Below are positions 16,288 to 26,314 of a DNA stretch of 45,391 nucleotides, piece after piece. The stretch is taken from NCBI GenBank assembly GCA_036569865.1, contig DATCPW010000187.1, positions 1 through 45,391 on the forward strand, read 5' to 3'. The stretch's first letter is position 1, and each line of letters begins with the position of its first letter. This DNA comes from Candidatus Dormiibacterota bacterium. Its GTDB lineage: Bacteria; Chloroflexota; Dormibacteria; Dormibacterales; Dormibacteraceae. The position numbers and the translations under genes were made by a program. Under the pieces are notes generated by a model. It made no database searches and had not been told where the DNA came from. It saw only the letters and a list, made by a program, of their open reading frames with translations.

Positions 16288-17535
16288 TGTTTCATTAGCG
16301 CTGTTCCAGTATGAGTGCGGCCGCCCGCACCACCAGCCAGATCGGAGCTATCTGTCTCGTTAACCATGCTCCGTCGACTCGCATCACGCTGCCCGAGCGT
16401 ACTCGTGAATGAGACCACCGAGGCGATCCATGCGAATGACTTGGCCGTTGTCAGATTCGCTCCGCACCTGCGCGCGCCGAATTGGAGTCCGCTGGCCGAG
16501 GCCTTGGTGTGGGCGAGCCGTGTGATAGTGGTCGATGAACTCCTGCAGCACACGCTCGAGCTGGCGTGGTCCGAAGATCAGTAGATGGTCCAGCGCCTCC
16601 CGGCGCACCGTCCCCACCCACCGCTCAGCGTAGGCATTCGCTCTCGGAGCTCGGAAGGGCAAGCGGAGTACCTTCACTCCCTCGGCCATGAACACGTCGT
16701 CGAATGCTTCACAGAACTTGCTGTCACGATCGTGCAGCAAGTGGGTCGCCCGGAGGACATCGTCCTGAAGGTGCCAGACCAGATTTCGAGCCTGCTGAGC
16801 TACCCACTGGCCCGTAGGGTGCGCGGAGACGCCGCCGAGATGGACGCGACGGCTGCCGACCTCGATGAAGAAGAGCACGTAAAGACGGCCGAGCCAGGCC
16901 GTCTCCACGGTGAAGAAGTCGGTCGCTAGCAGATGCGCGGCGTGCTCACGAACGAACTCCTCCCACGATCGTGTTGATCGCCTGGGCGCTGGCGGCACCC
17001 GATGCAACCGCATCACCTTGCGGACAGTCACGTGTGAACACGGGCGTCCAAGCTTGAGCAGCTCGCCCTGAATCCGGCGGTACCCCCACCTTGGGTTCTC
17101 GCGGGCCAACCTGACGATCAGGGCGACGACGTCCGGGTCCATCGCCGGCCGCACTCGACTTGGGCGCTTGCCGAAGGCGGCCCACTTGCGGCGCACGAGC
17201 TCGCGATGCCAGCGCAGGATCGTTTCTGGGCTGGGGACTAACGCCGACCAGCGTCTCTTGGGGATCCGTTCGATCAGGCTGGCCAGGACCATCCGATCGC
17301 CGGAACGCCATCTCGGACGGCGCACTTGCCGTTGCAGCACCCGCAGCTGATGGCGTAGGGCCAGAACTTCAGCTTGGAGCTCGGCCTGCTCCCGATCGCG
17401 AATGCTCAGCAGGTCGACCAAAAGCCGGACGGTCGAGTAAAGCAGGCTTGCAAGCATGATTCGGCATGATCCCAGCCAGCGCGGTCCCGCGCTCAGCTCC
17501 CGAAATCGAGTTGACTAGCCAGCGCTAACGGGACA
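16288..17535 (-). mobile_element. IS481-like insertion sequence (about 1.25 kb)
   Basis: Single DDE transposase ORF. Terminal inverted repeats tgtttcattagcgctg (16288-16303) and the reverse complement of 17520-17535, tgtcccgttagcgctg, match at 13 of 16 positions. No clear target-site duplication seen. Confidence 0.6.
16384..17457 (-). CDS. DDE transposase with integrase-core (rve) domain, IS481 family-like (357 aa)
   Basis: LARENPRWGYRRIQGELLKLG...ATDFFTVET...HDRDSKF...RANAYAERW...YHTARPHQGL. Confidence 0.8.
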   Translation of the reverse strand: MLASLLYSTVRLLVDLLSIRDREQAELQAEVLALRHQLRVLQRQVRRPRWRSGDRMVLASLIERIPKRRWSALVPSPETILRWHRELVRRKWAAFGKRPSRVRPAMDPDVVALIVRLARENPRWGYRRIQGELLKLGRPCSHVTVRKVMRLHRVPPAPRRSTRSWEEFVREHAAHLLATDFFTVETAWLGRLYVLFFIEVGSRRVHLGGVSAHPTGQWVAQQARNLVWHLQDDVLRATHLLHDRDSKFCEAFDDVFMAEGVKVLRLPFRAPRANAYAERWVGTVRREALDHLLIFGPRQLERVLQEFIDHYHTARPHQGLGQRTPIRRAQVRSESDNGQVIRMDRLGGLIHEYARAA

Positions 17536-17552
17536 AGTCATCTGGTCGGCGG

Positions 17553-18752
17553 CTAGATGACGTGTTCTTCTCGCATCGCTTCGATCTGGCCGGCGTCATA
17601 TCCCAATTCGCCAAGCACCGCGTCGGTATGCTCGCCGAGGTCAGGTGGCGGCCTGCGAAGAGTCGCCTCGCCTGAGCTGTACCGCACCGGATGCTTCAGA
17701 ACCCTCACGCGTCCCGCGCGGGGATGTTCGAACTCGAGCACCGGCGCGATGTGTTTGACCGCGACATCCTCGAACGTCTCGTTCATGTTCTTCACGGGGG
17801 CGCACCAGATGTCGTGGGTGCGAAGGAGATCGACCCATTCCTCCGTGGTCCGCTCGCGAAAGTAGGGGTCCAGCGCCACGCGAATCTCATCTCGCCTGGT
17901 GTAAGCGATGTCTGGATTCTCATAAAGCGCAAGGTCGGCTGGATTGCCGAGAGCTTCGCTGAGCGCTTTTACCGGTGTTAGGGAGATGGCCAGGTACCCA
18001 TCCGCAGTGGCGTAGAAGCCGTACGGCACCGCGTGGAACGTGTCGGCCGCCGGAGTCTTTGGACGTCGAAGCTGTGCGCCGTTCAGGTGATAGACGATCG
18101 GCTCTGCCTGCAGGTCCAGGGCCGCCTGCACCATGACCACTTCGACCCGCTGTCCTTCGCCGGTGCGGCCACGGCTGACGAGGGCAGCGAGAATTCCCAT
18201 CGCCAGCAAGCTCGCGCTGTGCTGGTCGACAACAGCCGCCGCCGAGACGGTAGGGCCCTGCCCCTCGGTTCCCGTGTTGGCCCCAAGGCCAGAGATGGCC
18301 TGGATCAGCAGGTCTTGGCCGGGAAGGTGGCTGTATGGACCGTCGCCGCCATACCCAGACCCTGCCGCGTAGATGATCCGTGGATTGATCTTGCGCAGAG
18401 CCTCATATCCGAGGCCCAGGCGATCCATAACCCCTGGCCTGAAATTTTCCACGACCACATCGGCGGTCTCGACCAACCGCTGTGCGACTTCGACCCCGCG
18501 CTTGCTCTTCAGGTTCAGGGTCACGCTGCGGAGGTTCCGATTTGCCAGCATGAAGAAAGCGCTGACCCCTCCGATGAAGGTATCGGCTCCGGACCAGCTG
18601 CGCTCCCACGCACCACGACCTGGCGGCTCGATCTTGATCACGTCAGCGCCCATGTCGGCCAGGTACTGGCACGCGGCAGGGCCGAGCAAGAACTGGGTGA
18701 AAGCGAGGATGCGCACGCCCTCCAGCAGCCTGAGGGTCTTGGGCTCGCTCAC
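17553..18752 (-). CDS. Family III CoA-transferase (CaiB/BaiF type, 399 aa)
   Basis: LEGVRILAFTQFLLGPAACQYLADMGADVIKIEPP is the typical N-terminus. Confidence 0.85.
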   Translation of the reverse strand: MSEPKTLRLLEGVRILAFTQFLLGPAACQYLADMGADVIKIEPPGRGAWERSWSGADTFIGGVSAFFMLANRNLRSVTLNLKSKRGVEVAQRLVETADVVVENFRPGVMDRLGLGYEALRKINPRIIYAAGSGYGGDGPYSHLPGQDLLIQAISGLGANTGTEGQGPTVSAAAVVDQHSASLLAMGILAALVSRGRTGEGQRVEVVMVQAALDLQAEPIVYHLNGAQLRRPKTPAADTFHAVPYGFYATADGYLAISLTPVKALSEALGNPADLALYENPDIAYTRRDEIRVALDPYFRERTTEEWVDLLRTHDIWCAPVKNMNETFEDVAVKHIAPVLEFEHPRAGRVRVLKHPVRYSSGEATLRRPPPDLGEHTDAVLGELGYDAGQIEAMREEHVI

Positions 18753-19174
18753 GTCACGAGCTGCATGATGTGCGTGGCGACCATTACCAGCTGGTCGTGC
18801 TGGTTCTTGACCTCGATCTTCGCCACTGTGCGTTCGCGTTCCCGCTCGATGCTCGAAATTTCATAATCGATGGTCAGCGTGTCGCCAAAGTAAACCGGCT
18901 TCAGGAACCGGATGCGGTCGTAGCCGGCGGACACCATTGGCCGGTCAAAGTCCTGAAGGATCCTCGTGGATGCCGCAGACGTGTAGCCGACGAGCAAGGC
19001 CCCGTGAGCAACTCGATGGCCGAGGCTGGTCTTGCGGCAGTACTCCTCATCGACATGGTTCGGATCGAGGTCGCCGGTGATTCCAGCGAAGAGGTACACG
19101 TCTGATTCGCTCACCGTCTTGGTGAGCCGGGTTCGCAATCCAACTGCGATGTCGTCGATGCTGTTGCCGCTCAT
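18749..19174 (-). CDS. MaoC-like (R)-specific enoyl-CoA hydratase/dehydratase
   Basis: ITGDLDPNHVDEEY...GHRVAHGALL hot-dog motif. The ATG at 19174 is preceded by GGGAGGG. Confidence 0.8.
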   Translation of the reverse strand: MSGNSIDDIAVGLRTRLTKTVSESDVYLFAGITGDLDPNHVDEEYCRKTSLGHRVAHGALLVGYTSAASTRILQDFDRPMVSAGYDRIRFLKPVYFGDTLTIDYEISSIERERERTVAKIEVKNQHDQLVMVATHIMQLVT

Positions 19175-19193
19175 TGTTCGCGAAGCCCTCCCA

Positions 19194-19943
19194 CTACCAC
19201 CATGAGCTCCCGGCACTCACCCCACCATCCACATATATAGTCTGCCCGGTGATGAATCGCGCACCGTCCGACGCGAGGAACGCGACCACGTCGGCGACGT
19301 CCTCTGGGGTGCCAATTCGCCCCAGAGGTGTGTTCGCGATTGTCGCCGCGACCCGTTCCGGATGCTTGTCCATATATGCCCTGGTGAGCGGGGTCTCGAT
19401 GATGCCCGGCCCTACCGCATTTACCGTCACCCCCTTTGGGCCCCACTCGATCGCCAGGCTGCGTACCAGGCCTGACAGTCCAGCCTTCGTGGCCGAATAA
19501 GCCGCCCGGACATCCAGGCCGTGGATGGCAGCGAATGAGCTCGTCACGACGACCCGCCCGCCTGGTCGTAAGAAGAGCAGAGGGCCGAAGACCTGGCACG
19601 TTTTGAAAACGCCATACAGGTTCGTCTGCAACATCTCCCGCAGCGCCTCATCTTCAAGATCGAGGGCTTTGACGCGCGTGTTTACCCCTGCATTGGGGAT
19701 GAGGATGTTGAGGCCATCAAGGCGGTCGCGCACCGCTTTGAGCGTGTCAGCATCGCGAACGTCCGCCAGCTCGGCGCTTGCCAGCGGGTCCGTTCCGAAT
19801 TCCTCGCGAAACGCCTCGATGTGCTCCTTGGACCTACCGACCGCGATCACCCGTGCGCCGTCGCGACGTAGGGCTCGGACTATGGCCAGCCCGATCCCGC
19901 TGGTGCCACCGGTGACCAGCGCTGTCTTGCCGTCGAGGCTCAC
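19194..19943 (-). CDS. SDR-family oxidoreductase (FabG/3-hydroxyacyl-CoA dehydrogenase-like, 249 aa)
   Basis: TGGTSGIGLA and YSATKAG motifs. Confidence 0.8.
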   Translation of the reverse strand: MSLDGKTALVTGGTSGIGLAIVRALRRDGARVIAVGRSKEHIEAFREEFGTDPLASAELADVRDADTLKAVRDRLDGLNILIPNAGVNTRVKALDLEDEALREMLQTNLYGVFKTCQVFGPLLFLRPGGRVVVTSSFAAIHGLDVRAAYSATKAGLSGLVRSLAIEWGPKGVTVNAVGPGIIETPLTRAYMDKHPERVAATIANTPLGRIGTPEDVADVVAFLASDGARFITGQTIYVDGGVSAGSSWW

Positions 19944-20353
19944 ATGGCCACCTGAACGTACTGGACGAGAACTCCATCCTCGCGCTGAGGATCGACCACG
20001 CCGATCGTGGTGCCGCGAGCGCCCGCTCTCGGAACTTTGTCAATAAGCAGGAAGCCGTGTCCTGGCGCCTCTGCCAGCGCGGCCGCGACATTGTCCACGC
20101 GCAACGCGAGGTGGTGAAGGCCCTCGCCCCTGCGCGCGATGAAACGGCCGACGTCGGATTCCGGGTCGAGCGGCTCCAGCAGCTCGATGTGCGTTGAGCC
20201 CCTGCCAAAGAATGCGACGCGTACATCGGGGAATCGCTCGTCGCTCCGGAGGTCCAGGCCCAGGCTTGATTCGAAATGGGAGCGAGACGAATCGATGGAG
20301 CGAACCGCCCAACCCAGATGGTCGATGGCCGGCGGGCTAGCCTCCCCTTTCAA
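19940..20353 (-). CDS. VOC-family protein, methylmalonyl-CoA epimerase-like (137 aa)
   Basis: IDHLGWAV...THIELLEPL...GEGLHHLALRVDN. Confidence 0.7.
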   Translation of the reverse strand: MKGEASPPAIDHLGWAVRSIDSSRSHFESSLGLDLRSDERFPDVRVAFFGRGSTHIELLEPLDPESDVGRFIARRGEGLHHLALRVDNVAAALAEAPGHGFLLIDKVPRAGARGTTIGVVDPQREDGVLVQYVQVAM

Positions 20354-21144
20354 GATCTGACCTCAGTGGCGGCCTGGTAGACAGTTCGGCGAATCCCCGG
20401 CGGTGTTGAGCTGATTTGAGTCCGCAGCTCGTCGACAGACCTGAAGTTTTGGCGCTCGACGTGCATGCACTCAACCTCGACCTCGAGTCGATCGCCCTTG
20501 AACGGAAATGGCTCTAGTTCGACGTCCCACGGGCCCAGGCGCCGGACCGACAGCTGCTCCCACCGCCCTTCAACCGTCGGCACAGGACCACAGCTCGAGC
20601 TCTCGAAGCCGAAACATGTCAGCAGTGACAGATAGTCGAAAGTTTCGAGCAGCATATAGTTGCGCCACGACGCCTCGAACTCGAGCTCTCCCGGCGCGAT
20701 CGATGCCGACACCTCCGCTCGGAACGCGCGCTCGCCTTTCAACAGCGCTTTGCCGTGCGAGCCGATCGCCGTCCAGTCCACCGGCTTCAACCCCGCCCAT
20801 CCATATCGCCGGCTGTATAGCCCGGACGCGTGCAGGCTCACCAGGTAAGCGGCGTATGGGTCTGTCAACGCTATCGTCCGCACCGCACCCGAGTAAAACT
20901 CCGTGTGCCGCGCCTCGTCGATCTGCGTGAAGTTACAGGGCCGGCCCTCCGCGTCGATCTCCGGCCGCTCATCGATCTCCGCCCAGCCCAGGTCGTGGAA
21001 GCCGGCCGCGTATTCAAGAGACGCGGACACGGAATCCTCGCCAAATGGCCCGTCCCGCCACGCCCGAGCCAGCTCCGCGCAGTGCGCTGCGTGGTCCATC
21101 TGGCGGATCAGGGTCCAGCCATCGCCTTCTCGGCGGGCGATCAC
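20350..21144 (-). CDS. DUF3891-like protein, unknown function
   Basis: GWTLIRQMDHAAHCAELARAW resembles the DUF3891 N-terminus (recalled, not searched). GTG at 21144 forms a GTGA overlap with the upstream stop. Confidence 0.5.
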   Translation of the reverse strand: MIARREGDGWTLIRQMDHAAHCAELARAWRDGPFGEDSVSASLEYAAGFHDLGWAEIDERPEIDAEGRPCNFTQIDEARHTEFYSGAVRTIALTDPYAAYLVSLHASGLYSRRYGWAGLKPVDWTAIGSHGKALLKGERAFRAEVSASIAPGELEFEASWRNYMLLETFDYLSLLTCFGFESSSCGPVPTVEGRWEQLSVRRLGPWDVELEPFPFKGDRLEVEVECMHVERQNFRSVDELRTQISSTPPGIRRTVYQAATEVRS

Positions 21145-21671
21145 CGAGTGTCGGCCTCGAGCTCCACGCGCAGCGACCCCAGGATCACCGCACAAAGCTG
21201 GTACCAGGCGGTCGTCACCACGAGATCCACGATCTCCTCGGTGGTGAACAGCGACTGCAGCCGGCTGAACGTCGCGTCATCGCATGTGCGGGTGCGTGCT
21301 GCCTGTCGGGCGAACTCAACGGCGCACCGCTCGGCCGGCGTGAAAACCTCGAGAGATCCACCCGGTATCAGCGCCGCTACCTTCGCAGAATGAACTCCCA
21401 CGCGTGCCGCCGCCTGCGTGTGATGGGCCACCTCGTATTCCTGCCCCAGCTCATGCGCCGTGGCCAGGATCACCAGCTCACGGAGGCCTGGGTCCAGGGT
21501 CGAGCCCGACCGCACATAGCGCGACATCTCGAGGAATACTGCCAGCGCGGGCGGCTGATTCGCCAGAGCGCGATAGAGGTTCAGCACCGGCCGGCCCATG
21601 CGCTCGATCTCGGCATAGAGGTAGTCGACCGCCGGCGAACTCCCCGCTTGTACGAGTGGCAGTCTCGACAC
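21141..21671 (-). CDS. Carboxymuconolactone decarboxylase (AhpD-like) family protein (176 aa)
   Basis: LRELVILATAHELGQEYEVAHH pattern. GTG start. Confidence 0.65.
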   Translation of the reverse strand: MSRLPLVQAGSSPAVDYLYAEIERMGRPVLNLYRALANQPPALAVFLEMSRYVRSGSTLDPGLRELVILATAHELGQEYEVAHHTQAAARVGVHSAKVAALIPGGSLEVFTPAERCAVEFARQAARTRTCDDATFSRLQSLFTTEEIVDLVVTTAWYQLCAVILGSLRVELEADTR

Positions 21672-21673
21672 TG

Positions 21674-22669
21674 TCAGCCGCCCTCTCGCTGGGGCAGCTG
21701 AATCTGAAACAGCCGCACCGCGTTCTTGTGCTCGATCTTGGCACGGTTCTCGGCGCTCAGCTCAAGCTGATCCAGTAACCGCGGCCCGAGAGACATCGGC
21801 CAGAAGGGGTGGTCGGTCCCGTGCATGACCCTGTCGACTCCAAAGAAGTCGCAACAGAGCCTCACCGCCGGCGCCCAATCGCTCACGGTGTCGACGTAGA
21901 GCTTGCGGATGTGGTCGCTCGCGGCGCCCGTGATGTCGCCGGTCGAGCCTGGCTTCTGCATGCGGCCGAAATGGTCGATGCGCCCGACGAAATATGGAAT
22001 GAGACTGCCGGCGTGCGGCACGAGGAACTTGAAATCCGGATGCCGCTCGAACAGGCCGTCGAATACCAGTCGCAAAGCGGCCGTGGTGGTGTCAACGAGG
22101 AACCCTGTCATCTCAATCATGCCGCCGGCCCTCATCGAGGGCGCGCACAGCGGGTAGGTCGGATGAAGCATGACTGGAACGTCGAGTGACGAGGCCGCAT
22201 CGAAGAAGATCCTGCGTGCCGGCTCGTCCAGGGGGCCGCCCGCCACATTGGAGTAGATCATCGCCCCCTTCAAGCCCAGGCCCACGGCACGTCGAAGTAT
22301 CTCCACCGCACGCTCCGGCGCCTGCAGCGGAACCGTCGCCAAACCACTGAAGCGATCCGGGTACCGCGCCACGATCGCCGCCGTCTCCTCATTGGCGGCC
22401 TCCGCCACCTCCGCCCCGTCCTCTGATGAGAGCCAGTCGACACCTGGGATCGACACGCTCAGGACAGCGTGGTCGATGCCTGCGCCGTCCATCTGCTCGA
22501 GGATCAGCTCGGGCTCGAAGAACACCGGTGCCAAAGGGGCAACCGAGCGTTCGCCGTACTCGATCATCTTCTTCCCTTCGCGTTCGAAGATCCTCGGCGC
22601 CTCGGCGCGCAGCTCGAGTGCGCGCGCCACCGCCTTCGGCATGTAGTGGGAGTGGACGTCGATCAGCAA
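21674..22669 (-). CDS. Amidohydrolase_2 family protein (ACMSD/LigW/IDCase-type decarboxylase or hydrolase)
   Basis: LLIDVHSHYMP (HxH metal motif)...LVPHAGS...HGTDHPF. A TTG start at about 22669 is needed to keep the HxH motif. It overlaps the upstream 2Fe-2S gene stop. The 442-aa track ORF was rejected. Confidence 0.8.
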   Translation of the reverse strand: MLIDVHSHYMPKAVARALELRAEAPRIFEREGKKMIEYGERSVAPLAPVFFEPELILEQMDGAGIDHAVLSVSIPGVDWLSSEDGAEVAEAANEETAAIVARYPDRFSGLATVPLQAPERAVEILRRAVGLGLKGAMIYSNVAGGPLDEPARRIFFDAASSLDVPVMLHPTYPLCAPSMRAGGMIEMTGFLVDTTTAALRLVFDGLFERHPDFKFLVPHAGSLIPYFVGRIDHFGRMQKPGSTGDITGAASDHIRKLYVDTVSDWAPAVRLCCDFFGVDRVMHGTDHPFWPMSLGPRLLDQLELSAENRAKIEHKNAVRLFQIQLPQREGG

Positions 22670-23136
22670 TTGAGACGATCGGCTGCCAGGCGAACCGCGG
22701 TGATGATGTTCTGATAGCCCGTGCACCGGCACAGGTTCCCCGCGAGCGCGCTGCGAATGCGCTCCGGTGTCGGATCGGGCTCCTCCCGCAGGAATGCCTC
22801 CATCGTCATCAAGATGCCCGGCGTGCAGAACCCGCACTGCAGCGCGTGGCATTCGTGGAACGCCTGCTGAAGCGTGCTCAGCGAGGAGTCGCTCGGCGCC
22901 ATCCCCTCCACCGTCGCGATTCGACGACCGTGAGCCTGCACCGCGAACATGAGGCACGAGCGCACAGGGTGCCCGTCCAGCTGCACAGTGCATGCGCCGC
23001 ACACGCCGTGCTCGCAGCCCAGGTGGGTGCCGGTCAGGCCGGCGTTGTCACGGATGAAGTCCGCTAGCAGCAGGCGTGGCTCGACCTCGCCTTCGACGGC
23101 CCGGCCATTGATCTCGATGGCGATTCTTCGACTCAT
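22663..23136 (-). CDS. [2Fe-2S] small subunit of a xanthine-dehydrogenase-family Mo-hydroxylase (157 aa)
   Basis: GCEHGVCGACTV and CGFCTPG...CRCTGY cluster motifs. Confidence 0.9.
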   Translation of the reverse strand: MSRRIAIEINGRAVEGEVEPRLLLADFIRDNAGLTGTHLGCEHGVCGACTVQLDGHPVRSCLMFAVQAHGRRIATVEGMAPSDSSLSTLQQAFHECHALQCGFCTPGILMTMEAFLREEPDPTPERIRSALAGNLCRCTGYQNIITAVRLAADRLNC

Positions 23137-24011
23137 GAGGTGCTGCTCCCCGCACGTTGCACCGCTTTGGTCAGTGCCCGATCGGTCATCGTTCGCAGCA
23201 GGGAGATGCGGTACTCGGTGCTCCCGTGAAGGTCCGAGGTCGGACGCAAAGCCTTGACCGCTTCCGCTGACGCGGCGCGGATCGACGAATCATCGAGTGT
23301 GGCACCGCGCAGCTGCAGCTCCGCGGCCGATGCCCTTACCGGCGCCGGACCAGCGGACAGCAACGCGATCGTGGCGCCTTCGCAACGTCCATCGCGACCG
23401 AGCTTCACGGTCACTGCTGCACCGCCGAGCGCGAAGTCCCCGTGCCGTCGCGCATATTCGACGAATGCCGCACCGACGCCGGGGTCGAGCGCCGGCACCT
23501 CGACCGCGGTCACGAGCTCGTCCGGGGCCAGCGCGGTGGTGAACTCGGAGACGAAAAACTCGTTCCAGCCGAGGGTCCGGGAGCCACGTTTCGAACGTAC
23601 CCTGAAGCTCGCGTCGAGAGCCGCGAACGCGGCGGGGAGCTCCGCGGCAGGATCCGCATGTGCCACCGAGCCACCGATCGTGCCGCGGTTGCGGATCTGA
23701 GCGTGGCCCACCCACCCGATCGCCTCCGTCAGCAGCGGCCAGCGCTGCGCCACCTCGTTTGCACGCTCCAGGTGCGTATGACGGGCCATCGCCCCGATCA
23801 CCAGGCGCCCATCTTCGCTTTTGATGTAGCTGAGCGACTCGATCCGGTTGATGTCGATCAAGCGCGCCGGCCGCGCGAGCCGGAAGTTCATGAGCGGAAC
23901 CAGGCTCTGACCGCCGGCGAGGACCTTGCAGTCGTCACCATGGCGAGAAAGCAGATCGAGCGCCTCATCCTCGGTCTCAGGGTCGTCGTACTCGAACGCT
24001 GCAGGCTTCAT
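23133..24011 (-). CDS. FAD-binding medium subunit of the Mo-hydroxylase (292 aa)
   Basis: LAGGQSLVP...IRNRGTIGGS motifs. Confidence 0.85.
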   Translation of the reverse strand: MKPAAFEYDDPETEDEALDLLSRHGDDCKVLAGGQSLVPLMNFRLARPARLIDINRIESLSYIKSEDGRLVIGAMARHTHLERANEVAQRWPLLTEAIGWVGHAQIRNRGTIGGSVAHADPAAELPAAFAALDASFRVRSKRGSRTLGWNEFFVSEFTTALAPDELVTAVEVPALDPGVGAAFVEYARRHGDFALGGAAVTVKLGRDGRCEGATIALLSAGPAPVRASAAELQLRGATLDDSSIRAASAEAVKALRPTSDLHGSTEYRISLLRTMTDRALTKAVQRAGSSTS

Positions 24012-26314
24012 GCGCGTGCCAGCTCCACGACGCGCTGGGGGCTCAGGGGCAGGCGCGTGACCTCGCTACCCAGCGCGTCGGAAACGGCGTTGGCGATTGC
24101 TGCACCCACTGCTGCAGTCCCGCCTTCGCCCGCGCCCTTCACGCCCAAGGGATTGAGCGGTGACGGTGCGTCCTCAGTGAGGAGCAGCTCGACGTCTGGC
24201 ACCTCCTCCGACGTTGGCAACAGGTAGTCCATGAAGCTCGCCGACAGCGGCTGGCCATTCGCATCGAAGCTGAACTCCTCCAGCAAGGCGCCGCCGATAC
24301 CCTGGGCGAAGCCGCCCGAGATCTGTCCGGCGACGAGGACCGGGTTGACGCACCGCCCGATGTCGTAAGCGACCGCATACCGGTGAATGTGGATCGCGCC
24401 CGATGCCGGATCCACCTCAACCGCGGCGAAGTGGATGCCGTACGGAAAACCCAGCAGATCGCACACGAAGCGGTGCTCCTCCATGATCAAGCCGCCGCTC
24501 GCGCTGAGCAGGGTCTTCAACGAGACGCTGCGTGCCGGCGCACCGATGACGGACACCCCTTCGGGCGTGAGCACCAGGTCGGCGGGCGCCGCCTCGAGCT
24601 CCTCGGCGGCCAGGCCGAAGACCCGTTTCCTCACCTGTTCGGAGGCCCTCATCACCGCCGCGCCGCCCAGCATCGTGGCGCGGCTGCCGAATGCGCCCAT
24701 TCCCTCGGGGATCACTGCCGTGTCCCCGTGAATCACCCGAACGCGCTCGTACGGCAACCCGAGGTGGCTCACACACACCTGGGCGAGGATCGTTTCGACC
24801 CCCTGGCCGACCGAAGCCGAACCCGTGTACACCATCACATCGCCATCGTCGTTCAGCTCGACGCGCGCGTATTCGCGTTCGGCGGGCCCAGCCTTTTCGA
24901 CAAAGAATCCGACGCCGAGGCCGCGTCGCATCCCTTCGGCCGCAGGCTCGCGGCGCCAACGCTTCAGGCCCTCATAGTCAAATGCCGCCAGCGCCTTGTC
25001 GAGGAGCAGCTCATAGTCGCCGCTGTCGTAGATGACCGGATGTCCGTCATACAGGGTGCCGACGTCATGCGGAAAGCTCGCCTTGCCGATCAGGTTGCGG
25101 CGGCGGATGTCGATTGGGTCGATACCAAGTGAGTGCGCGGCGATGTCGATCAGCCTTTCCCGCACGAAGTTGATCTCGAACCTGCCGGGCGAGCGGTATG
25201 TGCCGCCGGGGGTCTTGTTGGTCACCACGCTGCGGAACTCGCCGCGGTAGGCAGGCCACTTGTAAGGCCCCGGAAGCATCGACACGCTGAGCCCTGGAAC
25301 GGTCATGCCGTGCGTGCGCACGTACGCGCCTGTGTTGTTGATGAAGCTGTCCTTCAGAGCCAGGAACGTGCCGTCCTTCTTCAACGCCATCTCGACTCGG
25401 TGGACCTGCTCGCGTGAGTGGTTGGTGGCGCGCAGGTTCTCCTCGCGGTCCTCCACCCACGCGACAGGCCTGCCAGTCCGGATCGCCGCGAACGGGATGA
25501 GGAAGTCTTCCGGGTAGAACTCCCCGCGCGCGCCGAATCCGCCCCCCACGTGCAGCTCGACCATCCGCACCCTGCTCTCGTCGCTCCAGCCAAGCAACCG
25601 CGCCAGGATCGTGCGGTTGACGTGAGGAATCTTGGCCGCTCCCCATACGGTGAGCGAATCGGTTTCGGCGTCGTACTCGGCAAGCAGACCACGCGTCTCC
25701 AGCGGCACGGCGGCATGGCGCTGTATGTGGAACGTCTCCTCGATCACGAGATCCGCTTTGGCGAACGCCTCATCGAGCGCGCCCATCTCGACCAGTAGGT
25801 GGCCGGCCACATTGGTGCCGGCCTCCGGCCGCAGCAGCGGCGCGTCCGCCGCCACCGCATCGTCAGGGTCGAGCACGACGTCGAGTCGCTCGTAATCGAT
25901 GTCCAGCAGCTCTGCCGCGTCTTCGGCGCGGTAGCGCGAGTCGGCGATCACCACGGCCACGGGCTCTCCTGAATAGCGCACCACGCCGTCCGCCAGGGGG
26001 CGCTGCAGGAAGCGATTCGATCCCTCGTCGGCGAACTGGCGAGTCGGGATTGGATGGCCGCGGTCAGGCAGCTCATTGGCGGTGATCACGTCCACGACGC
26101 CCGGTGCTGCGAGGGTGGCGGTGCGATCGATGGAGGCGAACCGCGCATGCGCCATCGGGCTGCGGACGACGAATGCATGGACCATGCCGGGGCGCTTGAA
26201 GTCGGCGATGAAGGTGCCTTCGCCACGCACAAGCGGCCAGTCCTCCTTGCGCAGCGGCGAAGTGCCAATCCCATTGATGGCCACCGGATCGATCCTATCC
26301 GCGGTTGTCCTCAT
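24008..26314 (-). CDS. Molybdopterin-binding large subunit 1 (768 aa)
   Basis: GGGFGARG and the active-site loop TGAYVRTHG. Lacks the CO-dehydrogenase signatures AYxCSFR and AYRGAGR. Confidence 0.9.
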   Translation of the reverse strand: MRTTADRIDPVAINGIGTSPLRKEDWPLVRGEGTFIADFKRPGMVHAFVVRSPMAHARFASIDRTATLAAPGVVDVITANELPDRGHPIPTRQFADEGSNRFLQRPLADGVVRYSGEPVAVVIADSRYRAEDAAELLDIDYERLDVVLDPDDAVAADAPLLRPEAGTNVAGHLLVEMGALDEAFAKADLVIEETFHIQRHAAVPLETRGLLAEYDAETDSLTVWGAAKIPHVNRTILARLLGWSDESRVRMVELHVGGGFGARGEFYPEDFLIPFAAIRTGRPVAWVEDREENLRATNHSREQVHRVEMALKKDGTFLALKDSFINNTGAYVRTHGMTVPGLSVSMLPGPYKWPAYRGEFRSVVTNKTPGGTYRSPGRFEINFVRERLIDIAAHSLGIDPIDIRRRNLIGKASFPHDVGTLYDGHPVIYDSGDYELLLDKALAAFDYEGLKRWRREPAAEGMRRGLGVGFFVEKAGPAEREYARVELNDDGDVMVYTGSASVGQGVETILAQVCVSHLGLPYERVRVIHGDTAVIPEGMGAFGSRATMLGGAAVMRASEQVRKRVFGLAAEELEAAPADLVLTPEGVSVIGAPARSVSLKTLLSASGGLIMEEHRFVCDLLGFPYGIHFAAVEVDPASGAIHIHRYAVAYDIGRCVNPVLVAGQISGGFAQGIGGALLEEFSFDANGQPLSASFMDYLLPTSEEVPDVELLLTEDAPSPLNPLGVKGAGEGGTAAVGAAIANAVSDALGSEVTRLPLSPQRVVELARA

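Noticed and set aside
21674-23002. Long N-terminal extensions of several track ORFs (21674-23002, 10206-11057, 9625-10350, 30583-31653, 31484-32203, 38547-39626, 38254-38865, 41658-43223).
   Set aside because: The extensions overlap the upstream gene and are low-complexity. Internal ATG/GTG/TTG starts give family-typical N-termini, often with an SD sequence or a 4-nt overlap with the upstream stop.
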